Origin: Holophagae bacterium
Lineage (GTDB): Bacteria > Acidobacteriota > Thermoanaerobaculia > Thermoanaerobaculales > Sulfomarinibacteraceae
NCBI GenBank assembly: GCA_030618605.1
Contig: JAUXDC010000001.1
Span: 1-41,422, forward strand
DNA: 41,422 nt
Direction of reading: 5' to 3'
Part shown: one piece after another, positions 25,760-35,900 of the stretch
Position numbering within the stretch: position 1 is the first letter of the stretch
Layout: each line of letters begins with the position of its first letter
Notes under the pieces: model-generated
Told to the model about the DNA's origin: nothing
The model's input: the letters and a program-made list of their open reading frames with translations, nothing else
Database searches by the model: none
Translations under genes and position numbers: made by a program

Positions 25760-27040
25760 CTACCTCACCAACTCGATACCCTCAGCCTTCGGTCCAAGGG
25801 TGATATTGCCGGGCAAATGTCGGCCGATCAGCCAAACGATTCTTTGGCTGTCGAGGTCTTCCTGGAGCCACTGAACCGACGACAGCCACCTCAGGGGGTC
25901 GATGACCTCATCGACCGGACGCCATGCTTCGGAGGCCGGGCCGGCTCCGGCGACGTCAAAAACGACCAGGGGTACCCGGAGCGCTTCGAGATAGGATCGC
26001 ACGGCGGCCGGCGAGTGGGCGCTGGAGTCGTCCGATTCAGGGCCGAGGATCAACAGGACGATACGTCGTTGGTTGCCGCCGGCGGCCTTCAGGCCGGCCA
26101 GTGCGACGGCGTCGGCCCGGCGGTGGAGGCCGAATTGCAGCTTGCCGAAGCGCGCCTTCTCTAACTCGTCGGCCAGGCCCTTGTGACCAACGGTCTTGGG
26201 GTGAGAGAAAGGGAAGAGGCGGGCGTCGCCTCGAGGGCCTCCGGTCGGGATGGTGCCGATGACCCGGAAGAAAACATCGGCCGAGAGACGACCATTGCGT
26301 CCTTCCTCCGTGTTTTCCTCCAACTTGAGTTCGAGCGCCTTGAGGTGGTCATCCACCGACGAGCCGCGGACGATCACCAATTGGGCCTTGCCCTTTTCGA
26401 CATCAGCCACTTCGATCGGCTTCCCTCGTACCTCGAACCAACCCTCCAGACCGTCTGAGGGAGGGAAGGCGCCGGGGTCGTCCACGACGACTGGCAGGGC
26501 CGTCAGGTGCAGACTGAGGTCACTCGAATAGCCCTTGCCGAAGACCAGTTGTTCGCGAACCACGATGTGATCGGGAAATCGGATTTCAACGTCAAGAATA
26601 TGGAGGGTTGAGGGATTGGCGCCGCGAAGGTCGATCGACAAATCCGAGTCGTGACCGACCGGTTTCCCGTCGAGACGGAAATCGACTCCCTTGGGTTTCA
26701 GAAATTCGGCGCTGCTCCACTGGAGATGAGCACCGATGACGAGCCCGTCTTCATCGAGCCGAGGAATAACAACGGCCTCGGCTCGTGGTCTGGGCATGTT
26801 GAGCCATTGGCGGTCCCGGCCCAACAGGCGTCCATCGGTATCGAAGGCCAGAGCTTCGAGAAGAGCAGGCTTGAGGGTTGGCCCGAGGTTGACCGTGGTT
26901 CGCCAGGGCCTGCCCTTGATCTGGGCCAACGCCTCGCCGTCGAGTCGAATCTCCACCCGTGCGACCGGTCCCGTGACCGCCACCTCGATCGGGTGAACCC
27001 CGACAACCAGACCGACCAGGAAGGAAAGGAAGTGGACCAT
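25760..27040 (-). CDS. Exported or membrane-anchored hypothetical protein, possibly VWA-like at the C-terminus
   Basis: Hydrophobic N-terminus MVHFLSFLVGLVVGV. C-terminal RRIVLLILGPESDDSSAHSPAAVRSYLEALRVPLVVFDV resembles the end of VWA folds. No SD; TAGAAT lies 6 nt upstream of the ATG. Confidence 0.6.
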   Translation of the reverse strand: MVHFLSFLVGLVVGVHPIEVAVTGPVARVEIRLDGEALAQIKGRPWRTTVNLGPTLKPALLEALAFDTDGRLLGRDRQWLNMPRPRAEAVVIPRLDEDGLVIGAHLQWSSAEFLKPKGVDFRLDGKPVGHDSDLSIDLRGANPSTLHILDVEIRFPDHIVVREQLVFGKGYSSDLSLHLTALPVVVDDPGAFPPSDGLEGWFEVRGKPIEVADVEKGKAQLVIVRGSSVDDHLKALELKLEENTEEGRNGRLSADVFFRVIGTIPTGGPRGDARLFPFSHPKTVGHKGLADELEKARFGKLQFGLHRRADAVALAGLKAAGGNQRRIVLLILGPESDDSSAHSPAAVRSYLEALRVPLVVFDVAGAGPASEAWRPVDEVIDPLRWLSSVQWLQEDLDSQRIVWLIGRHLPGNITLGPKAEGIELVR

Positions 27041-27088
27041 TGGGAGATTCTACGGGAACCGCGCCCCACGGGTTCATACCGGGGCGGC

Positions 27089-27150
27089 GGGGAACAGGGG
27101 ACATGGAGCAGACCTGACTTTGCTCCCTGTTCCTTGCACCCTGCTCCCTG
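27089..27150. repeat. NNCCCTG heptamer array with an inverted partner
   Basis: CTCCCTG TTCCTTG CACCCTG CTCCCTG at 27123-27150. Partner GGAACAGGGGACATGGAGCA at 27091-27110 (GGAACAGG pairs with CCTGTTCC, GAGCA with TGCTC). Confidence 0.65.
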
Positions 27151-27156
27151 AGACCA

Positions 27157-28533
27157 TTATTTCTCTACCGGCTCAAAGTGACATGTAAAATGCCGCAACA
27201 GCTTAGGCCCGGCGGTGATTCGGTGGCCTCCGATGGCGTCGCGGTTTTGCCAGACTTCTTCGATGACCTCGATCAGGTAATCAAAGTGGCTTTGGGTGTA
27301 GACGCGGCGCGGAAAGGCCAGACGGACCAGTTCCAGAGGTGAAGGTTGCTCATGACCCTGCTCGTCAAAGTGTCCAAACATCACGCTGCCCAGTTCGACG
27401 GCGCGAACGCCACCTTCGAGGTAGAGGGCGTTGACGATACCGATTCCGGGGAACTGGAGCTGCGGCACGTTGGGCAGCATCTTGCGGGCGTCAAGGAAGA
27501 CAGCGTGGCCGCCGGCGGGCTGGACCATCGGAATGCCCAGCTTGACCAGACGCTCGACCATGTACTCGACCGTCGCGTGGCGGTAGACCTGGTAGTCGTA
27601 GTCCAATGCCTCCATCAGACCGACGGCGATCGCCTCGAGATCTCTGCCGGCCAGACCGCCGTAGGTCGGGAAGCCCTCTCGGAGGATCAGCAGATTTCGA
27701 AACCGTCCGGCCCACTCTTCGTTGCGGCAGATCAGGAAGCCGCCGATGTTGGCCAGGCCGTCCTTCTTGCAGCTCATCGTCGCGCCGTCGGCCAACGAGA
27801 ACATCTCCTGGGCGATCTCCAGCAGTGAGGATTTTTCGTAGCCGGCCTCCCGCTCCCGAATGAAGTAGGCGTTTTCTGCGAAGCGGCAGGCGTCGATGAT
27901 CAGCGGGATGTCGTGCTCTTCGAGTACCGCCTTGACCTCACGGATGTTGGCCATCGACACCGGTTGGCCGCCGCCTGTGTTGTTGGTCACCGTGATCATG
28001 GCGAAGGGGATCTTTTCTTTCCCGTGCTTGGCTATGGTACGGCGAAGTCCCTCGACGTCCATGTTGCCCTTGAATGGCGCCGGCACGCCGGTCTCGAAGG
28101 CCTCTGCACAGGGGAGGTTGAGCGCGATGCCACCGACGTACTCGATGTTGGCGCGGGTTGTGTCGAAGTGGCTGTTGTTGGGGATGATGTCCCCTGGGGA
28201 GAGAATGCACTCAGCCAGAATCCCCTCGGCGGCACGGCCCTGATGAGTGGGGAAGACATGTTCGATACCGGTGATCTCATGCACTGCGGCCTCGAATCTC
28301 TTCCACGACCGGCTGCCGGCGTAACTCTCGTCTCCCAACATCATTGCGGCCCATTGCTGAGCGGACATCGCTCCCGTGCCGCTATCGGTCAAGAGGTCGA
28401 TGCAGCAGTCTTCGGCGGCCAGCAGAAACACGTTGTAGTGGGCTGCCTCAAGGGCCCGACCGCGGTGCTCTCGAGTCGTGATTTTTAGGGGCTCGGTCAT
28501 CTTGATGCGAAAGGGCTCGATGATCGTTCTCAT
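27157..28533 (-). CDS. tnaA: Tryptophanase-type beta-eliminating lyase
   Basis: EPFRIKMTEP, IDLLTDSGTGAMS, PTHQGRAAE, PLP-lysine context MSCKKDG, FPTYGGLAGRD. NSHFDTTRAN carries the Asp that I remember in TnaA (FFDTT), where Tpl has FTTT. Start ATG 28533 (GGAGG, 4 nt). Confidence 0.85.
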   Translation of the reverse strand: MRTIIEPFRIKMTEPLKITTREHRGRALEAAHYNVFLLAAEDCCIDLLTDSGTGAMSAQQWAAMMLGDESYAGSRSWKRFEAAVHEITGIEHVFPTHQGRAAEGILAECILSPGDIIPNNSHFDTTRANIEYVGGIALNLPCAEAFETGVPAPFKGNMDVEGLRRTIAKHGKEKIPFAMITVTNNTGGGQPVSMANIREVKAVLEEHDIPLIIDACRFAENAYFIREREAGYEKSSLLEIAQEMFSLADGATMSCKKDGLANIGGFLICRNEEWAGRFRNLLILREGFPTYGGLAGRDLEAIAVGLMEALDYDYQVYRHATVEYMVERLVKLGIPMVQPAGGHAVFLDARKMLPNVPQLQFPGIGIVNALYLEGGVRAVELGSVMFGHFDEQGHEQPSPLELVRLAFPRRVYTQSHFDYLIEVIEEVWQNRDAIGGHRITAGPKLLRHFTCHFEPVEK

Positions 28534-28679
28534 GATTCCTCCGTTCCCGTTGTCGGGACGGTACAGCGTAGGTGTTTGGGGGCGGCGAATCAAGAGTTTG
28601 GGCCGTGAGATCCGGTAATTGGTGAAAGAAATTCAGACTCCCCGATGTTATATTGCGTGGAACGCCTAAGGAGGCACTG

Positions 28680-30413
28680 ATGAATTTCCTAACCCAAATT
28701 TCAAAAGTCTGTCTGGCCCTGAGTGTCGCTGCATTTGCCGTCTCAGCCGAAACTGAGAACCCAGTTGCCGCCCTCGAGACCGCTCGTGATTCAGTTCAGC
28801 TCAAGGTCGTCAAGTTTGACATTTCGCCGCCTCTTCGGGACATCAAGGTCTCAAAGAAGACCGACCGGCCGTTGAAAATCTCTCGAGAACATGACACGCC
28901 GGAAGGATTGAACAAGCTGCCGGAAGGGTGGAGCGGCAAAAAGGGCTCGCGCTTCTCGCCGCACGTCCTGCAAAAGGCGCCGGGCACTCGAGCGGTGATT
29001 CCGGCCCCGACGGTCAACGTCGAGGGTCTGGGAACGGGCATCCCGGACTATCCCCTGGGTGGCGTTCCACCGGACACAACCGGGGGCGTCGGACCCAACT
29101 ACTACACCCAGTGGGTCAATACCTCATTTGCATTCTTCGACAAGACCGGTGCAATGGTTGATCTTTCGGGCAATGATTGGCGGAACGGCAACACCATCTG
29201 GTCGGGATTCGGGGGCAAATGTGAGTTGACCAATGACGGAGATCCGATCGTGGTTTACGATCAACTGGCCGGTCGTTGGGTGATGACGCAGTTTGGTCTG
29301 GGCCCGGGCAGTGGACCGCACTCCCAGTGCGTTGCCGTTTCGACCACCGGAGATCCTCTCGGGACATGGGTTCGGACCGAGTACGAATGGCCGAACAGCT
29401 ATCTCAACGACTATCCAAAGCTGGGCGTTTGGACTGACGGCTACTATCTCGCCGTCAATCAGTTCCTGTGCAATAACTCGTGGAGCTGCAGTTGGCGCGG
29501 CGCGGCAGTCGCCGTTTTCGATCGCGAAAATCTGATCCAGGGTATTGCGCCCCGGGCGCCCCAGTACTTCAACATCGGTCCCGCCTACGGCAGCTTGCTG
29601 CCGGCGGATATTGATGGCGACACGGTCCCCCCAGACGGATCCCCGGGGTACTTTTTCGCTGCCTATGACGGTGGCGGCACCGACTACATGGATATCTGGG
29701 AGACCTCGATCGACTGGGACACGCCCGCCAATTCGACCTGCGGCATCGCCACCAATGATCCCAACTCCAGTGTGGCTCTGACGTCCTTCTCGGCCTCCGG
29801 CGGCATCGACCAACCGGGGACGACCAACGATCTGGATTCTCTCAGCCCCCGATTGATGTTCCGGGCGGCCTACCGAAACTTTGATGATCACGAGTCCGTA
29901 CTGCTGTCCCACACGGTCGGGAATCCTGCAGGCATGAGGTGGTACGAAATCCGAAATCCTGGAGGAACTCCGGTCCTGTACCAGGAGGGAACCTACAGCC
30001 CCGATGCCGATGAGCGCTGGATGGGTGCGGTGTCGATGGACGGCAGTGGGAACATTGCCATGGGCTACAGTGTTTCCGGCGCCGCGGTCTCGCCCTCGAT
30101 CCGGGTGACAGGTCGTCTGGCCGACGATCCCCCGGGCACGATGACCTTTTCCGAGCTCGAGATCGCGACCGGGGCCGGTTATCAGAATCCCTCGTACGGC
30201 GCCAACCGGTGGGGCGACTATTCCACGATGTCGATCGACCCCTCGGACGACTGTACCTTCTGGTACACCCAGGAGTACATCACCACCACCGGCCAGTTCA
30301 TCTGGAAGACCCGGATTGCGGCATTCAAGTTCAACGAATGCGTGACCGGATCGGTTTTCTCAGACGGATTCGAAAGTTCCGACACCAGTGCGTGGAGTTT
30401 TGCTGGTCCGTAG
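28680..30413 (+). CDS. Exported hypothetical protein
   Basis: AAGGAGG, 6 nt, ATG at 28680. Signal peptide MNFLTQISKVCLALSVAAFAVSA. Motifs DPIVVYDQLAGRWVMTQF, DYPKLGVWTDGYYLAVNQF, RWGDYSTMSIDP. I could not assign a family. Confidence 0.7.
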   Translation: MNFLTQISKVCLALSVAAFAVSAETENPVAALETARDSVQLKVVKFDISPPLRDIKVSKKTDRPLKISREHDTPEGLNKLPEGWSGKKGSRFSPHVLQKAPGTRAVIPAPTVNVEGLGTGIPDYPLGGVPPDTTGGVGPNYYTQWVNTSFAFFDKTGAMVDLSGNDWRNGNTIWSGFGGKCELTNDGDPIVVYDQLAGRWVMTQFGLGPGSGPHSQCVAVSTTGDPLGTWVRTEYEWPNSYLNDYPKLGVWTDGYYLAVNQFLCNNSWSCSWRGAAVAVFDRENLIQGIAPRAPQYFNIGPAYGSLLPADIDGDTVPPDGSPGYFFAAYDGGGTDYMDIWETSIDWDTPANSTCGIATNDPNSSVALTSFSASGGIDQPGTTNDLDSLSPRLMFRAAYRNFDDHESVLLSHTVGNPAGMRWYEIRNPGGTPVLYQEGTYSPDADERWMGAVSMDGSGNIAMGYSVSGAAVSPSIRVTGRLADDPPGTMTFSELEIATGAGYQNPSYGANRWGDYSTMSIDPSDDCTFWYTQEYITTTGQFIWKTRIAAFKFNECVTGSVFSDGFESSDTSAWSFAGP

Positions 30414-30484
30414 GACTGTGTTTATTGGAGTTGCGGCGGCACTGTGGTTCCATTCCCCGACCGTCGAGGTGGCCAAGAAACGAG

Positions 30485-30493
30485 TGTTACAAT
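30485..30493 (+). promoter_or_regulatory. Extended -10 promoter element upstream of the DUF1573 gene
   Basis: TGTTACAAT (TGn + TACAAT), 41 nt upstream of ATG 30534. No clear -35. Confidence 0.35.
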
Positions 30494-30533
30494 TCTGCAC
30501 CGGTCCGGCTGGAGGCCGGCACAGGAGGTTTTG

Positions 30534-31724
30534 ATGAAGAGATTTCAACGGGCGGCCGTTCTTGCCGTCCTTATCACGGCGGCATCCGTGTCGTCGATGG
30601 TGTTTGCCGAGACCGAGCAGGGCGAGAAGGCTGCAAAGGGCTTCTGGGTCGAGGAGGCCAATATTCTGCTGGACTCCATTGCGGCCGGCACCGACGCGGT
30701 GGGAACCTTCATTTTTCACAATGACACCGACAAGGAAGTCAAGATCATCAAGGCCAAACCTTCTTGAGGATGCACAGTTGCCGAGTTTGACTCGGTGATC
30801 CCGGCCGGTCGGTCGGGTAAGCTCGTCGCCAAGGTTCATACCAGACCCACGCAGAGTGGCACGATGAATAAATCGATTTCTGTGGCCACGGATGCCCCAA
30901 ATGCCAAGAGTCTTCGGTTGTCAATGAAATTCTCAGTCGAGACCATGATCTCAATGAAGCCGCGACCCCAAATTTTCACCAACGCCATTGTTGGCGATGA
31001 GGCAAGCGGTCGGATTCTGTTGCACCGCAACGATGGTGAAAAGCTCGAGATTTCGGCAGTCCGTTATGAGAGCTCCGATATTGAAATTGAAGCCTTGCCC
31101 GTCGATCTGAAAGCTGAAAAGCCGGCCGGTTTCAAGCCGGAGGCCGGCGATATCTGGCTGGTCGCAAGGGTCAAAGATGGCGCAGGCCCGGGGAACTATT
31201 CCCTCAAAGTGTGGTTGACGACCAATCATCCAAAATTGACGGAGGTTGAGGTTCCGGTGACCTTCAGGATCAAGTCCTTGATCTCCGCTCATCCGGAACA
31301 GGTTCGGCTTTGGCTCCAGGAGTCCGGCGCGGGTCCCCGAGGTACGCTTTTCCGCATCATCAATAACGGGGGCGCCGACTTCGAGGTGACCTCCATTACC
31401 GTCGAGGACGAGGCGCTGGTCAAGGCGTCATTGGTGGCCGAAGGCTCGGCGAGAATGCACAATATCCGGGTTGAAGTTTTGGATGGTATCAAGGTTTCCG
31501 ACCTGGGACAGAAGGGGAAGACGACCGAACTGGTCATCGGCACCTCTGATCCGAAGCAGCCTGAGGTCCGGGTTCCTGTTCTGCTGGTACCACGACAGGC
31601 CGTCACTCGTCCGGGGCGGGGTCCCGCGGAACTCCGGCCGTCGGATATTCAGCGAATGGGCGTCACCAATAAGGTCGTTCCGCAGCCGTTGCCGACGGGG
31701 ACGCCGGGGGTTGGTGGATCGTAG
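30534..31724 (+). CDS. Exported DUF1573 repeat protein with in-frame TGA at 30765-30767 (candidate selenocysteine, otherwise a pseudogene)
   Basis: AGGAGG, 5 nt, ATG. Signal peptide MKRFQRAAVLAVLITAASVSSMVFA. Track ORFs 30444..30767 and 30795..31724 are in the same frame. The junction reads FIFHNDTDKEVKIIKAKPS-TGA-GCTVAEFDSVIPAGRSGKLVAKV, which matches the DUF1573 SCGCT core. Confidence 0.65.
30768..30801 (+). promoter_or_regulatory. SECIS-like stem-loop immediately 3' of the in-frame TGA
   Basis: Lower helix GGAU/AUCC (30768-71 / 30798-801). Upper 17-nt stem-loop GCCGAG-UUUGA-CUCGGU (30780-30796) starts 12 nt after the UGA and has a G in the apical loop. Confidence 0.4.
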
Positions 31725-31745
31725 GGGCGAAAGGTTTTTCGCCCC
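31724..31745 (+). terminator. GC hairpin at the DUF1573 gene stop (terminator- or REP-like, no U tract)
   Basis: GGGGCGAAA-GGTT-TTTCGCCCC, overlapping the TAG stop (31722-31724). Confidence 0.4.
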
Positions 31746-31953
31746 AACAGGCTCCTTTGTGTTTCTTTCTACCCTGGCTGTTGCAGGTGCCTTGTGCCTG
31801 TATGTGAGCGGGCTCGGGGACCTGCCCCTTCGACGCCGTTGACCTGAACCATACCTCCAATAATCCGTATCTCTATCAGTTGGAGTTTCGTTCGCTCGAA
31901 GCGTTTTTCACCGTACAATAGGGGCCGTTCGAGAGGGGCAAGGGAGAAGAAAA

Positions 31954-32904
31954 ATGGCACAAGGGTCTGAGACGATTGCTGCGGAATCCTTTTGTGCGGT
32001 CGAGGGCGTCCGCCATGTCTACAAGGGCGGAACGGTCGCGCTCGACGGCGTCGATCTCAGGATAGGAACCGGGCTCTTCGGTCTGCTTGGGCCCAACGGC
32101 GCCGGCAAGAGTACCTTGATGCGCATTTTGTGCACGCTCTTGGTTCCGACCGAAGGTCGTGCGGCAGTCGGCGGCTATGACGTCGTCACTCAGCGGGACG
32201 CTGTCCGCTCGCTGATCGGATACCTGCCTCAGGAATTCGGAGCCTGGCGGCTCCACCGGGTTGCCGAGGTCCTCGATACTCTGGCCTCACTCTCGGGTAT
32301 GCGGGACAAGGGTGAGAGGCGACTGAGAGTGGAGCAGGTGCTGGAACAAGTCGGTTTGGCCGAGGTCTCGGATCGGAAGGTCAAGAAACTCTCCGGCGGC
32401 ATGCTGAGGCGGTTGGGCGTGGCTCAGGCCCTGATCCACGAGCCGCGATTTCTCATTGTCGATGAACCGACGGTTGGTCTGGATCCTGAGGAGCGGCTCA
32501 GGTTCAGGGCGGTGATGGCTGAGTTGGCCAGAAACAGGACGATCATTCTGTCAACCCATATTGTGGCGGATCTGGGCTCGGGCTGCGAGGACCTGGCCCT
32601 GATTGACCGTGGAAAAGTAGTCTTCAGGGGCTCGCCGTCGGAACTGCTGCAGCGATCTCGGGGCAAGGTCATCGAGGTCGAGGTGGATCAGGCGGGCGAG
32701 ATGGCGGTCCTGGAGTTGATTGAGGTGGTTGCACGTTCGGCCCACGGGGGACGGGTGCACATCCGGGGTGTGCTCAAGAGCGAACGGGCAGTCTCGGGAT
32801 CAACACCGGTAGCTGATCCGACCCTGGAAGAGGCCTACCTGGCATTTATGGTCGGCCGTGGGCGGGGCGGCGTCCTGGACGAGGGGGAGGTGGCCAATGC
32901 GTAA
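31954..32904 (+). CDS. ABC transporter ATP-binding protein
   Basis: Walker A GPNGAGKST, signature LSGGMLRRLGVAQAL, Walker B FLIVDEPTVGLDP. GGGAG SD. Confidence 0.9.
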   Translation: MAQGSETIAAESFCAVEGVRHVYKGGTVALDGVDLRIGTGLFGLLGPNGAGKSTLMRILCTLLVPTEGRAAVGGYDVVTQRDAVRSLIGYLPQEFGAWRLHRVAEVLDTLASLSGMRDKGERRLRVEQVLEQVGLAEVSDRKVKKLSGGMLRRLGVAQALIHEPRFLIVDEPTVGLDPEERLRFRAVMAELARNRTIILSTHIVADLGSGCEDLALIDRGKVVFRGSPSELLQRSRGKVIEVEVDQAGEMAVLELIEVVARSAHGGRVHIRGVLKSERAVSGSTPVADPTLEEAYLAFMVGRGRGGVLDEGEVANA

Positions 32905-35900
32905 AGATGTCGTTCTTTCGGTCATGCGGGCGGAACTGCGCCTGACGCGCCGCCTGGTTCGCTATTGGATCTTTTTGACACTGGCTCTTCTGTCCGGCCT
33001 GGTGATCTACCTCTATTACTGCGCTCTGCACGCCGTCTTTTCTTCGTATTCAGGTACGGCGGCCAATATCGGTCCGCGGTTTCTGATCGGCGCGATGGGG
33101 CTCTACTATGTCGGTTTCTTCCTCTTCGGTCTGGTATTCATGGCCTTTGACGTGCGGGCCAGAGATGTTCGTGAGCGCATGGTGGAGGTGCTCGACGCTC
33201 GCCCGATGACGACGCCTGAGTTGATGGTGGGCCGGTTCACGGCTCAATTGCTGGCGGCCTGGGTGCCGGCGTGGGTGATGGTGGCCTTGATGCAGTTGCT
33301 GGGCTTCGCACTGCCCGCACTGGGTGCACCCATTGGACAGCCTCTGCAACCGACATCCCTTGTGATGTTCGTTCTCTTGATGTGCTTGCCGGCCATGGCC
33401 TTCGGTTTGGCGCTGACCTACCTTGTGACCCTTCTGGTTCGGAACCGTCTGATCGCCGCGGTGGTCACGATCGGAGCGCTGGTCGGCATTATCTGGGCCT
33501 CGTTCAAGGTCTCCCCCGTTGCTTCGGTCTTCCTCGACGTCAGCGGCATGTACTCGGTGTTGTTTCCGTCGGACATCCTGCCGGGCATGGCTGATCTGGC
33601 CGGCTTTCTTCAGCGACTGGGATACCTTGTGGCGGCTTCTGGCCTTTTGGCATTGGCTATTGCCGTCCATCCCCGTCAGGATGGCGGCTCCCGCCGTCTT
33701 CGTGCCGTTCTCGGGGCTGGGTTGATGGCCGCAGCGGTGGCAATTTTGGGCGCCGGAGCGGGACTCAGGGCTTCCAATATCCGCCAGCTGGACGAATGGC
33801 TGGCTGCCCACGAGGCACGAGCCTCCGAGCAGCGCCCGGACATCATTCGGATCGATGCCACGACGGATATCGAGCCCGGGAAGGCGATCACCGTTGACGC
33901 GGAGATTGTCATTTCTGCACCGGGCGAGAGTGCGCTTGATCGGGTCCTGCTGACCCTCAATCCGGGCCTGGAGGTCCACGAGGTCACGGTCGACGGGTCA
34001 GATATCTCCTTTGAACACTCGGATGGATTGCTGGAACTCGACCTGAGGTTGGATCCCGGTGCCGAACGGCGGGTACGCTTGCGATACTCAGGCAAACCCG
34101 ATATCCGCTTTGGCTACCTGGACGCAGTTCGCACTCCCGAGCGATTGCCGGCGATGGAAGCACAGCTCTATATCCTGGGTTACGACCGTGGTCTGAACGA
34201 TCGGCGTTACGTGGCCCTGATGCCGGCGATCGGCTGGTTACCCCGGAGCGGGGCGGCAGTGGAGCCGAAGGATGGCTCCGGTCTGGGGCCGGACTTCTTT
34301 GAGGTTGACCTCGAGGTCTCGGTGCCTGATGGTTGGCTGGCCGCCGGCCCGGGGGCTCGGCATGACGAGGGATTGACCGACGGGCGATCGATATTCCGTT
34401 TTGATCCCGGCGCACCGGTTGACGGTGCTGCGGTCGTGACCTCGGTCTTCGAGACCTTCGCCTTCGATGCTGAGGGCATCACGCTTGAGTTGCTGTTAAC
34501 GCCGGGCCACCTGAGAACGGTTGAGGATCTCTCCGATGCGCGTGATGCCATCAAGGAACGCGTGGCGGACCGGTTGCAAGAGTTCGCAGAGGCGGGACTG
34601 ACCTATCCCTATGATGGATTCACCGTCGTTGAGGCGCCCAACGCTCTGCGGGGCTTTGGTGGCGGGTGGCGCCTTGGATCAGTTCTGAGCCAGCCTGGAA
34701 TGATGCTGGTGCGGGAGTTGGGCTTTCCCTTGGCCCGATTCGACGTGCCATTCCGGGACGAGTCAGACTGGCAGGACCACGAGGGTGGTCTGCCTCAGGC
34801 CAAGCTGGAGCGATTGGAAGAATTCTTTATCAACGATTTTTCGGGAGGAAATCTCTTCACCGGCGCCGCGAGGTCGTTTGGCATGACCCAGTGTTCGGCG
34901 CGTGGGCCGGGGAGAGAGGCGCTGGATTGGACGCTTGACGAGCTGGGAACCCTGATGATGTCCGGCACTCGGGGTTACTTCTCGGCCCACCTCTTCACTC
35001 CTGAAATGAACTCCAAGATCGGCCAGGTGATTCAGGGGCACTTGATCGGCGGCGGTGGAGGTCACTTCGCAGACTCGTTGATCGAGGTCTTTGCCTCTCG
35101 ACCGGCCGTGTGGAAGGCTGTTCTGGACACCTCGCCGGTCGATATTGATCCGTGGGATGACCCCCAAAAGGCGATTGACGGGCTGTCCTTGAAAGCGGGA
35201 ACCCTGGCCCAGGTGATCTACGACGATATCGGTTTTGAGGGTAGCGCTGCCCTGCTGGCCTCCCTGAGGCGAGACTTTTCGGGGACTACTTTTACGCTGG
35301 ATGATGCTGTCGCGGCGGCTGAGCGACAGGATCAGGGCCTGGGTCGGATGATCGAGGACCTGCTGACGACGACAAATCTCCCAGGTCTGGTCGGACAGCA
35401 AACCGAAGCCTATCGTCTTCCGGACGGAACGGATGGTGGCGCCCGCTATCAGTTGAACCTGGTTGTGCGGAACGACGAGGCGACCCCAGGACTGTTTCGG
35501 GTTGTTTATTACGTCGGCGCCGATGACGACCAGGAGCGGGAGGAGAGCGAACCCTTGAGGATCGATGGACAGTCCGCCGTCCGATTTTCGACGGTTCTGA
35601 CCCGTCCGCCGACCGGGGTTTGGGTCCATCCCTACCTCAGTCTCAACCGGAGCAGCTTCCGAGTGCCCCTGGCCGAGGTCGATGAGACGGCTGTCGTCGA
35701 GGCCGAGCCTTCAGAGGGCGTGACGATATCTGAGTTTGAGATCGCCGACAGCGATGTCGTTATCATCGACGATCTGGACGACGGATTTGAGGTTTCTGAG
35801 GGCGATGGCCCCTCTGGGTTGCGTCTCGGCGCAAAGGGTCAGGATGATGCCGAGTTGGACCAAGGGCTCCCAGTTGAAGAATTTGGTCCTATGCCCAAGG

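Noticed and set aside
28534-28679. TnaC-like leader peptide upstream of tnaA
   Set aside because: I found no short ORF with a Trp-containing stalling motif. The track's N-terminal extension to 28593 lacks an SD, whereas ATG 28533 has GGAGG.
29124-29912. 262-aa minus ORF
   Set aside because: It is antisense to the exported-protein gene, which has a strong SD and a signal peptide.
33050-33979. 309-aa minus ORF (and 34763..35629, 35711..36340)
   Set aside because: They are antisense to the 1132-aa permease fusion, with biased composition and no motifs.
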